Below are positions 28,517 through 36,855 of a DNA stretch of 39,202 nt, one piece after another (positions within the stretch are counted from its first letter, which is position 1; the number at the start of each line of letters is the position of its first letter). The notes under the pieces are model-generated. The model searched no databases. It worked only from the letters and a program-made list of their open reading frames with translations, and had not been told where the DNA came from. The DNA is from a candidate division WWE3 bacterium UBA1379 (GTDB taxonomy: Bacteria; Patescibacteriota; WWE3; UBA101185; UBA10185): NCBI GenBank assembly GCA_002305475.1, contig DBRB01000005.1, positions 1 through 39,202 of the forward strand, read 5' to 3'. Made by a program: the position numbers and the translations under genes.

Positions 28517-29460
28517 ACGGAACTGTATGCTGTACTTCTAATGAAAACGACTGCAATAGCATGGGTGGGATCTGTGACACCTCCTGTGGTGGCACGGGAG
28601 TTATACCCACCGGTATCTGCGGTCCAGGATCATTAGGCCAGTTATGTTGCAGACAAGAACCTGCTAAAGCCTGTGAAGTTTCGGTAGCTGCAGGAGGCCT
28701 TGGAGGTGAATGTGTAACAGCGGGTGCCTGTGGATCAGCACCCTTAACACCTGCTTCCGGATGTCTGTTTACCGAGGAATGCTGTCCTACTTCATCTACC
28801 CAAACATGCGAGGATGCGGGGGGTGTTGTTGTAAGACACGCAGGATGTGATACCCCTATAGAAGGTGTCGTTACACCTATTGGAGCATTATGCTGCAATC
28901 CCACTACCCTTCCAAAATGTAATGAAATACCTGGAGGTGGGTTTTGTACGTTTTTGCATTGTGATGTTACTCCGGTTGCTTCTTCGGATTGTGCGGCACC
29001 TAACATCTGTTGTCCAAACACACAGCGATTCTGTGAGGTTGGTAATGCGGGGGGACAACCATCATTCGGAGGTGTATGCAACGGGACACCTTGTACTACC
29101 GTTACACAAGCAAGAGAATGCTCCGTGTGTTGTCTTAATTCAGATGCGATACCTCCTCCTGACGGAAATGATGATGATCCCAGAGGTCCTACTTACACAT
29201 CCGAATACACAGGTCCAAAAATTACAGTTAATCAGCTAATAGGACTAATATACGATATAATGCTTCCAATAAGCATTGGGGTAGGATTGTTATTTATCAT
29301 AAAAGCAGGTTATGTTTTAAAAACTTCTGAAGGTAATCCTACTAAAAAACAGCAAGGTATTGATGATTTAACCGGCGCGGTGGTAGGTACATTATTTGTT
29401 GGTCTATCCTTAGTAATTTTGAGAGTAATCATTAATTCTATTTTGGGTGGCAATATTTAA
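28468..29460 (+). CDS. C-terminal fragment of Cys-rich protein A: Cys-repeat ectodomain plus the conserved C-terminal two-helix hydrophobic hairpin
   Basis: This frame is open from 28429, with no signal peptide of its own. Its Cys-rich repeats match the architecture of the intact paralog B. The last ~90 aa are near-identical to the C-terminus of B and homologous to the three small downstream proteins. Confidence 0.6.
   Translation: MATSCTANNPQQLDCLNGTVCCTSNENDCNSMGGICDTSCGGTGVIPTGICGPGSLGQLCCRQEPAKACEVSVAAGGLGGECVTAGACGSAPLTPASGCLFTEECCPTSSTQTCEDAGGVVVRHAGCDTPIEGVVTPIGALCCNPTTLPKCNEIPGGGFCTFLHCDVTPVASSDCAAPNICCPNTQRFCEVGNAGGQPSFGGVCNGTPCTTVTQARECSVCCLNSDAIPPPDGNDDDPRGPTYTSEYTGPKITVNQLIGLIYDIMLPISIGVGLLFIIKAGYVLKTSEGNPTKKQQGIDDLTGAVVGTLFVGLSLVILRVIINSILGGNI
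29245..29402 (+). repeat. 158-bp block perfectly identical to 30750..30907 (3' hairpin-module coding region shared by genes A and B). The surrounding ~260 bp are ~85-90% identical.
   Basis: Direct comparison of the two gene 3' ends. The block from CTAATATACGATATAATGC through ACATTATTTGTTGG is identical base for base. Confidence 0.85.
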
Positions 29461-29608
29461 TTATCTCTCATTTTTTAACTCAATCATAGTGGATCCGAAT
29501 AGTTACAGCGAACCATCTTCTTAAATAGATATCAACGCATCATATATACTTGACTATCAATTTGTTTACCCGTCATAATCCTATTACAAAAGTTTCTAGC
29601 AACATTAT

Positions 29609-30968
29609 TATGAAAAATATTAATAAAATTTTATTATTCTTCCTGTTTCTTTTTGTCGGCTTTCTTTTTTATACCGGTAAAGTATACGCAGACTGGTGTA
29701 CGGAACCTAGATATGCTGCTTTAGGAGCTCGATGTGTGTCTATGGCAGGATCTACGGAATTTAGATGTCCGGACGGTTTTAGCACTTATCCAGATCCTAA
29801 TGTAGTTTGCCCGGTTGATGGGGTTGAAATCTGCTGTGTACCAAACACCAGGATGTGTTTAAACAATAGTAGCAACAGCTGCCATAATACATCCTGCCCT
29901 GCAGGCTATGTTCCATCACAACCAGGTAATTTATTATGTCCGATTAACGGTCAGGTTTGTTGTACACCACAGCAAGCTCCAAACCCAGAGCAATGTCCTA
30001 CAGGTAATGGAGTATGTCTACCTAATTGTAATGTAACAGGATACACAAATGATCCGCAAAGAAGATCCTGCACAATTAACAATACAGAGTGTTGTATTAG
30101 AACAAATACCGGAAGTTGTCCGGCACCCCCAAATGGATTTTGTTTTAGCGGTACTTGCAGTGGAGGAACCGTACCGGATCCTCAAAACAGATTATGTTCT
30201 ACACCAGGAAATGTATGTTGTCTTCCAGCGAGTACTTCAACACAATGTCCGGCTTCTCCTGAAGGTTATTGTTTTTCAGGTGCATGTGCCGGGGGGACAG
30301 TACCGGATCCACAGGGAAGACAATGCTCAACCAGTGGACAAACCTGCTGTGTACCAGATCCAAGCGATGCCTGTCCTGCACCTCCAGACGGGTTTTGTTA
30401 CGATGGATTATGTCCGGGCGGTTTGATGCTGGATAGTAGATCATGTCCTAATGCAAGTCAGAATTGCTGTGTGGAGGAAGAAATTGTTATTCCTCCTACA
30501 GAATGTACCCCTAACGCAACAGTATGTGATATACAAATTGTAAATGGGGTAGTAGTTAGTGCGTGGTGCCCCTGCGGTGAATCTGGCTGCGGTACAAATA
30601 CCAGATGTGTAAAAGGAGTCGGAGATACATTCTTTTGCCAAAACGATACGATTGCTTGTATAGCTGAAGACGACCCGTTAGACCCAGATGATTCAACGTA
30701 CGAATCAGAATACACAGGACCGATAATCACAGTAAATGAGCTGATTTCTCTAATATACGATATAATGCTTCCAATAAGCATTGGGGTAGGATTGTTATTT
30801 ATCATAAAAGCAGGTTATGTTTTAAAAACTTCTGAAGGTAATCCTACTAAAAAACAGCAAGGTATTGATGATTTAACCGGCGCGGTGGTAGGTACATTAT
30901 TTGTTGGATTGTCATTAGTGATTTTAAGAATTATAATTAATTCAATCTTAGGTGGTAACATAACTTAA
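29609..30968 (+). CDS. Cys-rich secreted protein B: signal peptide, ~38-aa six-Cys tandem repeats, C-terminal VirB2/TrbC-like two-helix hairpin. ATG 29609 is the likely start; the track TTG 29550 lies inside the promoter.
   Basis: Signal peptide MKNINKILLFFLFLFVGFLFYTGKVYA | DW. About 60 Cys in repeats of the form CPAPPxGFCFSGxCxGGTVPDPQxRxCSTxGxxCC(V/L)P. C-terminus ...IYDIMLPISIGVGLLFIIKAGYVLKTSEGNPTKKQQGIDDLTGAVVGTLFVGLSLVILRIIINSILGGNIT. Promoter TTGACT(29550-29555)-N17-TCATAAT. Confidence 0.75.
30117..30476 (+). repeat. Three tandem ~126-129-bp coding repeats, each a ~38-aa six-Cys unit, within gene B
   Basis: The units start at 30117, 30246 and 30372. Each encodes CP(A)(P/S)PxG(F/Y)C(F/Y)xGxCxGG...(R)xC...CC(L/V)(P/E). 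Confidence 0.75.
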
Positions 30969-31013
30969 AGTCTAAACCTGACTTTGAATATTATTTAAAA
31001 GGAGGTGTAATCT

Positions 31014-31376
31014 ATGAACTTACAATTAATACAGGATGTTTATGCAGGACCTGGTGTAGGTACAACAGTATCCAGCTCATTAACAACTGACTTCACTGAT
31101 ATCGGTGACCTGGCTGGTTTTGTAATCAATATTATTCTTGGTATAGGTTGGGCTTTAACCTTTATCATGCTTGCCGGTGGTTTTATCAGATACATCACAT
31201 CAAGAGGTGAAACCAAGGCTACGGATTCTGCACGAAACTGGCTGACATATGCCGCTTTAGGAGGGGTTGGTTTGTTCTTCTTAACTGTTATTAAAAATAT
31301 AATACTGTCACTATTAACTGGTAATACAAGCAGACCTCAGGAAATTGACGAACAATTTGACCCGTTTGCCAACTAA
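31014..31376 (+). CDS. Small two-helix hairpin protein P1 (VirB2/TrbC-pilin-like topology), candidate major subunit
   Basis: 120 aa. Hydrophobic helix (FVINIILGIGWALTFIMLAGGFIRYI), loop TSRGETKATDSARNW, second helix. Homologous to the C-termini of A and B. Strong SD AAAGGAGGTG 13 nt upstream, and a hairpin terminator downstream. Confidence 0.7.
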   Translation: MNLQLIQDVYAGPGVGTTVSSSLTTDFTDIGDLAGFVINIILGIGWALTFIMLAGGFIRYITSRGETKATDSARNWLTYAALGGVGLFFLTVIKNIILSLLTGNTSRPQEIDEQFDPFAN

Positions 31377-31398
31377 CTTCGCTGAAATTGTACAGTGT

Positions 31399-31430
31399 AA
31401 AACCCCGGTTAATTCCGGGGTTTAGCATTT
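31399..31430 (+). terminator. Intrinsic terminator/attenuator after P1
   Basis: Perfect 8-bp stem AACCCCGG(31401-31408)/CCGGGGTT(31415-31422), loop TTAATT, followed by TAGCATTTGTAT. Confidence 0.6.
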
Positions 31431-31488
31431 GTATGACCTTGCTTCACAAATAATTGCTTTATACAAACGTCTTGCCATATAATACCTA

Positions 31489-31795
31489 TATGTTTGACTA
31501 CATCCCTTTCTCACAAGATCCAAGCGGAGGAAATGTAACGACTATCGGAGATGTGTTAGGTATGTCAATAAATATCATGATGGGAATTGTTTTTGCTTTG
31601 GGTTTTATATCGCTAGCAGCGGGGTTTGTTATATTTGTTACCAGCAGAGGAAATCCTGATGGTACTGCACGTGCAGGAAAAGCCGTATTATACGGTGCAG
31701 GTGCAGTGGCACTATCTCTGCTCGTCCTTGTAATTAAAGAAATTATCTTCAAGGCAATAGGTGTTGAAGGTGTAGACACCGTGCCGGCTATTTAG
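31489..31795 (+). CDS. Small two-helix hairpin protein P2, paralog of P1. The track ORF begins at TTG 31454; ATG 31489 is likelier.
   Basis: MFDYIPFSQDPSGGNVTTIGDVLGMSINIMMGIVFALGFISLAAGFVIFVTSRGNPDGTARAGKAVLYGAGAVALSLLVLVIKEIIF..., collinear with P1 and with the A/B C-termini. A TATAAT-like box lies ~6 nt upstream of the ATG, suggesting a possible leaderless transcript. Confidence 0.65.
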
Positions 31796-31804
31796 AATAA
31801 ATAT

Positions 31805-32233
31805 ATGTTAAAGGTATTAAGATCAGTATTAATATTTACTCTATTAATAACAGCTTTCAATGTGTTTTCAGAACCTGCATATGCCGTAAACTGCACCCCT
31901 CTTTCGGATGAAGCACCCGGACCACAGGATATAATCTGCCCTGTTATAAGAATTGTGAATATCGCTTTGCTTTCTTCCGGAGCGGTATTAATTCTGATGC
32001 TTTTATGGGGCGGTGTTAAATTAGCGCTGGCAATCGGAGATCCAAAAGCCATGCAGGCTGCATCAGCAACATGGACTTGGGCTATCATAGGATTTGCTGT
32101 AGTAATCGGCGGTGCTACTTTATTGAAAATAGTAGCGGGCTGGTTCGGATGGGAAGCAGACTTTCTTAATCCCTTTGATACACTTCAACAAAAAATACAG
32201 GAATTTATGTCGCTTTTGCATATTGAAGGTTAA
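31805..32233 (+). CDS. VirB2/TrbC-like pilin-type protein P3 (signal peptide plus two hydrophobic helices)
   Basis: 142 aa. Signal peptide MLKVLRSVLIFTLLITAFNVFSEPAYA | VNC. Mature part with two Cys, helix 1 AVLILMLLWGGVKLALAIGDPK, loop, helix 2 WAIIGFAVVIGGATLLKIVAGWFGW. This layout resembles Agrobacterium VirB2. Confidence 0.65.
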   Translation: MLKVLRSVLIFTLLITAFNVFSEPAYAVNCTPLSDEAPGPQDIICPVIRIVNIALLSSGAVLILMLLWGGVKLALAIGDPKAMQAASATWTWAIIGFAVVIGGATLLKIVAGWFGWEADFLNPFDTLQQKIQEFMSLLHIEG

Positions 32234-33525
32234 TATTCTATTAAATACGCGCCACCTAAAGTAAATGTATTGATTAAACTATTCCCTGAGTAGTAAACAT
32301 CTGAAACTTTTCCTTGTAACTCAACATTAAAACTATAACTTCTTGAAATTCCTGTTTCTAGATCTATCACTATTATATCTAAGGTACGTGTTTGTGGATT
32401 TATACCACTAAACGATACAACTTTATCTTGTATAAATGCGGGAACTAGCTCTGTTAATGGAATATTTTTGTTGAAAATATTTACAGATGTTCTTGTATTA
32501 TTAGTGAGATTATATATTACCCAGTTATTACCATTAAAATATAGTATGTCCTCTCTTGATGGATTTGTTTTTATATATGATAGCGGAGATGTATCGATGT
32601 TCTTTTTATCCCAACTGAATGTAGTTTTTTCCAAAGATGATATTATATAGTATTCATTACCTAGATTACCCACATCACTAGGCTGTTCAATAACCACGAT
32701 TTTATTCTGATTTCCTAGTACCGCTTTATATAATCCTGCTAATATTTCCGTGGATAATTCGGTTGTTACTCCTGTGTCGGTATCATATATTGAAAGCGTT
32801 GATGTTGCATTCAGAAAATTTATATTTGTTTGGTATAGCAGTTGTTTTAATTGAGGATTATAATCCTGAACCCAACCTTTTATTGAAAGTTCCCGCAATA
32901 CAGGTGTACTTTTCGACTGCCATGGTGAGAGATCCAAAGAAAATATCCTTAGATTATCCAACTGTTCTCCTGTTGTAACATAAGCCTTCTGTGCATCTAT
33001 CCATAGCAGATCACGCACTCTTGGCAATTGCTCTCTTAACAACGCAAAATAATCTTCACCTGTATTAATCTCCACTATCCTGGTCTGGTTATTATAGTAA
33101 ACTAAATAAGGTTTAAGCGTATCCGGGTATAAGAACGATGTATAATTAATCCCGATTGTATCTTTATATAATTCATTAGTAGTAGGTGCTCTTTTTAATG
33201 AATAGGAAACCTGTCCCGTTTTAATTATATCCGAGGTAATTACCTGACCTTCAATCCAAAAACCATTTAATTTGAGCTGGATAAAATCTCCATCGACAAG
33301 CCCTAATGATGCAGGGGTTGTTTGTCCCGAGTATTTATCATTAATAAATATCTGTGCTCCCGTCGGCTCGGATATTATCATCAACGTACCCTGACTCTTT
33401 TCACTAGTACCAGTAGACACATTTCGATCAAATGCGGGGTTTGTACTGACGTTCCTGAAAAAATAACCGATCAAAAAAACCACGAAAAGGATTAATATTA
33501 ATATTATTATTTGTTTCTTTTTCAT
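32230..33525 (-). CDS. Membrane-anchored extracytoplasmic protein with PEGA domain and a beta-rich (propeller-like) region
   Basis: 431 aa. N-terminal TM anchor MKKKQIIILILILFVVFLIGYFF. PEGA-like TLMIISEPTGAQIFINDKYSGQTTPASLGLVDGDF. Then ~330 aa rich in beta-strand-type repeats. Its stop shares the TTAA with the stop of P3 (convergent). Confidence 0.55.
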   Translation of the reverse strand: MKKKQIIILILILFVVFLIGYFFRNVSTNPAFDRNVSTGTSEKSQGTLMIISEPTGAQIFINDKYSGQTTPASLGLVDGDFIQLKLNGFWIEGQVITSDIIKTGQVSYSLKRAPTTNELYKDTIGINYTSFLYPDTLKPYLVYYNNQTRIVEINTGEDYFALLREQLPRVRDLLWIDAQKAYVTTGEQLDNLRIFSLDLSPWQSKSTPVLRELSIKGWVQDYNPQLKQLLYQTNINFLNATSTLSIYDTDTGVTTELSTEILAGLYKAVLGNQNKIVVIEQPSDVGNLGNEYYIISSLEKTTFSWDKKNIDTSPLSYIKTNPSREDILYFNGNNWVIYNLTNNTRTSVNIFNKNIPLTELVPAFIQDKVVSFSGINPQTRTLDIIVIDLETGISRSYSFNVELQGKVSDVYYSGNSLINTFTLGGAYLIEY

Positions 33526-33537
33526 ATCTTTATTAAA

Positions 33538-36500
33538 CTATGGACGACATGCCTCATTCCAAATTTCTCCCATTGCACGCCAATCAGTAAAACATGCAAG
33601 TGCACCAGAAGACCATCTTGATATTAAATCAACAACGCTTACACCTGCAACATCATGACTGTTTTGAAAGTTTCCGGTCTGGCTTCCTGCAAAGTGAGTA
33701 TGAGGGTGTGTACCTAAAGTATGACAACTTCCAGAACAATCAGAATGACCAAGTGTTGTTCCCGCTGCAACAGGTATACACCCCTCTGGCGATGGTCTGC
33801 CCGTAATTGTTGTATCCATCATATGAGTAAAGTATAAAGAAGGGCAAGGAGATGTAATTTCATCATTCCAGTCTCCAGAAGGATCCGTGGGATATAAATA
33901 AACAGAAACACCGCCTGTAGGATCCATTTCAGGAAAGGCACACCCGTCAAACGGAGCTACCACAGGCTGACCCTCGCATTGGTATACATCTGAGATACCT
34001 TCCGTACTACTATGGGTGCAACTATAACCTAATAATCCAGGGAACGGATTTCTACCCGGACAATTTGTACCATCACCAAATCTACCTCGTGGAGGAGCAG
34101 ATCCGGAACCGGGAGGTACAACAACCGGTAGTTCATCTCCTACACATTCACCGGAAACACATTGAAGAGAACAACATATAGAAGAATCTGAACAGGATTC
34201 CCCGGTATGTCGGCAGTCTGCTCTTGGCATACCAGCCATTTGATATCCAGTACTACTTCTTGTTGTGTCTATAGGTGGGAAGGTGATAAGAGATGAACCG
34301 AAAAACATAAAGGAGATAATCATGATAATAAAAAAAGGAAAAGCTGTTATATATAAAATCATCTTAACACCAGTGGTCACGAGTTTATCCAAGTCTTTAA
34401 AGAATGTGGAGAGCTCCCCTTTAAATATAGCCTTGAGAAATGCTTCTGTTTTATTGATAACCAGATTTGTTACAAACTTTACAACCGGAGTAATTACTTT
34501 ATCTATTATCGGGGCAAGTACAGAACCAGCACCTGAAGTACTTCCAGCAAGTAATGCCAGAAGAGCTGTTCTAATAGCTCTCGCCACTGCAGTAGATATT
34601 GCATCTTTAACCTGAAACAAAGGAGCGACATATTTACCTATTCTCTTAAAAACTTCTGTCTGAATCTGATTTGCCAAGGATGATAATTTCTGCAGATGAC
34701 CAACCCGATCCCAAGTAATATTTATATAATCAGTGCTTCTTATCCTTTTTCCTAAACCCTGCATCAATTCCGTTAATATTCTTCCATTTTCAGCTGTGTT
34801 TTCAAGATAGTTCCCATTAAAAGACAAACCCAACCTTTGCTGATTTTCTTTAAGCCATCTCAAGAATTTTTCGTTATTTTCGACCAAATCCGTGAATTCC
34901 TTTTCGCCAACCTTCAACCCTTTAACAACCGATATATCTCCGTTGAGAAAGCGGATCATTGAATTACCGCTATCATTAAAACCGACGAGAGCGCCGGTAT
35001 TCTTATCCAACACTGCATTCAAACGGCCTAAAGTTTTGTTTGCAGCATCGTGATCCGATAAAATTCCATGTAGAGTAACCGCACCCTTAAAATGTTTACC
35101 GCCAGCTACCTTCACTCTACCCACCCCCGAGATATCTACAGAAAAGGTGTTTCTCGCTGTAAATGCTTTTGTGCTTGAACCGGCAAAATCCGGATCATAC
35201 ACTAAACCTAAGTAATGTGATCTTTGTAATGTGGCTTTAACTGCCTGAGAAGGATACAAACCGTCAAGATAGGGTCTGATTTTTCCTTGCCATACATAAA
35301 CTTTAAACAGCCTTCCCTTTTCAATATTTGATAAAAAGTCCGCAAAGTCATTCTTCTCATACATAGGGTTGGCTGCCATCAGAAGCCTTCGAACATTTTC
35401 TATGCCGGAATACTGATCAACCTGGGAATTAGTATGTGAGGCTGTTTTTGTAAAGACATCGCGTAGGGTATCCCCACTATTTGGGGTAAACATACTACCA
35501 CCCTGCATCAAATATCTACCGGTAGTCTTATTCAGCAAATCGTGTTGAATGCCCTTTATGGCACCGGGTTGCGTTATACTACTTGCCAAAGTATCAAGAC
35601 GACCTTTTAGTACACCGGCCGATAGTATGCCTACCGAGCCTGAAGACTGTGCCTCTACAGCCAGATTATGAATATCTTCAACTTTCCTTCTAAATGAACT
35701 CATTACCAGGTTGTAATTCTGTTTCTGAATAGGATTAAGGTTTGCAGGTATTACTGTATCAATATCATTAAGCGCATCGCTGGCAACTTTTTGCAAGGTC
35801 TTCATTGAATTCTGAATGGTCAACCCCGCTTTTTCCCCGCCGACTACAATTTTTCCTAGGTTTTCCTGAACACCAAAAATACCTTCTTTTTTAGTAAAAT
35901 TACTTATTCTTTGTACGGCTTTTGTACCGGCAAGAAAATCCTCTATAGCAGCAATTTCATCAACTGATAAACCGGTTACATTATTTCGGAAATTTTCTAC
36001 TTCAGTAGCAACGGCATCCAAAGCACTTAAACGAAGTTCGTTATAATCCCTGTTTCTGGACGAAGTGGCCTCAACACCAACGGTAAATTTCAGGAAAGAT
36101 TGACCAACTTTGGAATAGACATCTGTGGGTATTTTCTCCTTAACAATATCGTAAGTACCGGGGGAAGTTTCCCTTACCATGTTAACTTCAGTGTCTCCCG
36201 GTTTCATCACCCTCAAACCCTGCATCTGATAAGGATTTGGTTCCGTGGTAGGTGTAATACCTAATGTATGTTTGGCATACTCTTCTGCAGGCCTGAAAAA
36301 AGGAGACTGACCTTCCGGTGCTAAATTATCCCGCCCCGCTAAAACAGGCTCCCAGAAATACTTCTGTTCAATGTAGTTTCTGAAGTCTTTCCAGTCAAAA
36401 GTGGATTTAACCCATTGTTCTATAGTTGATTTAAATTGTCCTTCGGGATCTTTTGACCAATCCCCCGGATTGATAGATACCTGAAGCTGAACGCCGGGAG

Positions 36501-36774
36501 TATCATCAATATCCCCGAATTCTAAAGCCCTCTGGGGATCATATGACTGATAACCGGCTTTTTTAGGGGTAGCTGATAATTTAAACTGGGTTTTTATATC
36601 CTCAATAACCGCGTTCTTTACTGCTGCAGGCAATTTTCCAAAGTCAATATCCTTAAATACATTCTCAATCCAGTTTGCTAATACATCAAAGGTATATTCC
36701 TCCGGAGGAGGAACTGCACCTTTTCTGGGCGGTCGGGGTATGGGTTGTCCGGGATAATATCCAACGCGCGGCAT
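33538..36774 (-). CDS. Giant membrane protein (1078 aa): large N-terminal domain of unknown function, TM segment(s), C-terminal Cys-rich ectodomain with a knottin-like six-Cys framework and M23/LytM-like motifs
   Basis: No signal peptide and no P-loop. Hydrophobic segment KMILYITAFPFFIIMIISFMFFGSSLI. It is followed by CRHTGESCSDSSICCSLQCVSGEC (C-x6-C-x5-CC-x3-C-x4-C), then FTHMMD (HxxxD), then CHTLGTHPHTHF (HxH). Confidence 0.6.
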   Translation of the reverse strand: MPRVGYYPGQPIPRPPRKGAVPPPEEYTFDVLANWIENVFKDIDFGKLPAAVKNAVIEDIKTQFKLSATPKKAGYQSYDPQRALEFGDIDDTPGVQLQVSINPGDWSKDPEGQFKSTIEQWVKSTFDWKDFRNYIEQKYFWEPVLAGRDNLAPEGQSPFFRPAEEYAKHTLGITPTTEPNPYQMQGLRVMKPGDTEVNMVRETSPGTYDIVKEKIPTDVYSKVGQSFLKFTVGVEATSSRNRDYNELRLSALDAVATEVENFRNNVTGLSVDEIAAIEDFLAGTKAVQRISNFTKKEGIFGVQENLGKIVVGGEKAGLTIQNSMKTLQKVASDALNDIDTVIPANLNPIQKQNYNLVMSSFRRKVEDIHNLAVEAQSSGSVGILSAGVLKGRLDTLASSITQPGAIKGIQHDLLNKTTGRYLMQGGSMFTPNSGDTLRDVFTKTASHTNSQVDQYSGIENVRRLLMAANPMYEKNDFADFLSNIEKGRLFKVYVWQGKIRPYLDGLYPSQAVKATLQRSHYLGLVYDPDFAGSSTKAFTARNTFSVDISGVGRVKVAGGKHFKGAVTLHGILSDHDAANKTLGRLNAVLDKNTGALVGFNDSGNSMIRFLNGDISVVKGLKVGEKEFTDLVENNEKFLRWLKENQQRLGLSFNGNYLENTAENGRILTELMQGLGKRIRSTDYINITWDRVGHLQKLSSLANQIQTEVFKRIGKYVAPLFQVKDAISTAVARAIRTALLALLAGSTSGAGSVLAPIIDKVITPVVKFVTNLVINKTEAFLKAIFKGELSTFFKDLDKLVTTGVKMILYITAFPFFIIMIISFMFFGSSLITFPPIDTTRSSTGYQMAGMPRADCRHTGESCSDSSICCSLQCVSGECVGDELPVVVPPGSGSAPPRGRFGDGTNCPGRNPFPGLLGYSCTHSSTEGISDVYQCEGQPVVAPFDGCAFPEMDPTGGVSVYLYPTDPSGDWNDEITSPCPSLYFTHMMDTTITGRPSPEGCIPVAAGTTLGHSDCSGSCHTLGTHPHTHFAGSQTGNFQNSHDVAGVSVVDLISRWSSGALACFTDWRAMGEIWNEACRP

Positions 36775-36855
36775 ATGAAAATAGTATATACTAGATTTTA
36801 CGATTTTTTAATTAAATTCTTGCATTATTAACCCGTTTGTGGAAAAATTCTAAAT

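Noticed and set aside
28107-29081. 324-aa minus-strand ORF antisense to the Cys-rich genes
   Set aside because: A product of the locally higher GC content (Cys/Gly/Pro codons) on the opposite strand of clear coding sequence. No signal or motifs.
28468-29460. Treating 28468-29460 as an independent cytoplasmic gene starting at TTG
   Set aside because: It has no signal peptide, yet it is entirely ectodomain-like (Cys-rich) and hairpin-anchored like paralog B. The frame is open upstream to 28429 and overlaps the upstream signal-peptide ORF, so a frameshifted single gene is more parsimonious.
30049-30805. Several 60-125-aa ORFs on both strands inside gene B. Also 31498-32088 minus ORFs inside P2/P3, 34265-34615 plus ORF inside the 1078-aa gene, and 37599-38204 minus ORFs inside the VirB6-like gene.
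   Set aside because: All are nested in alternative frames of longer, better-supported genes.
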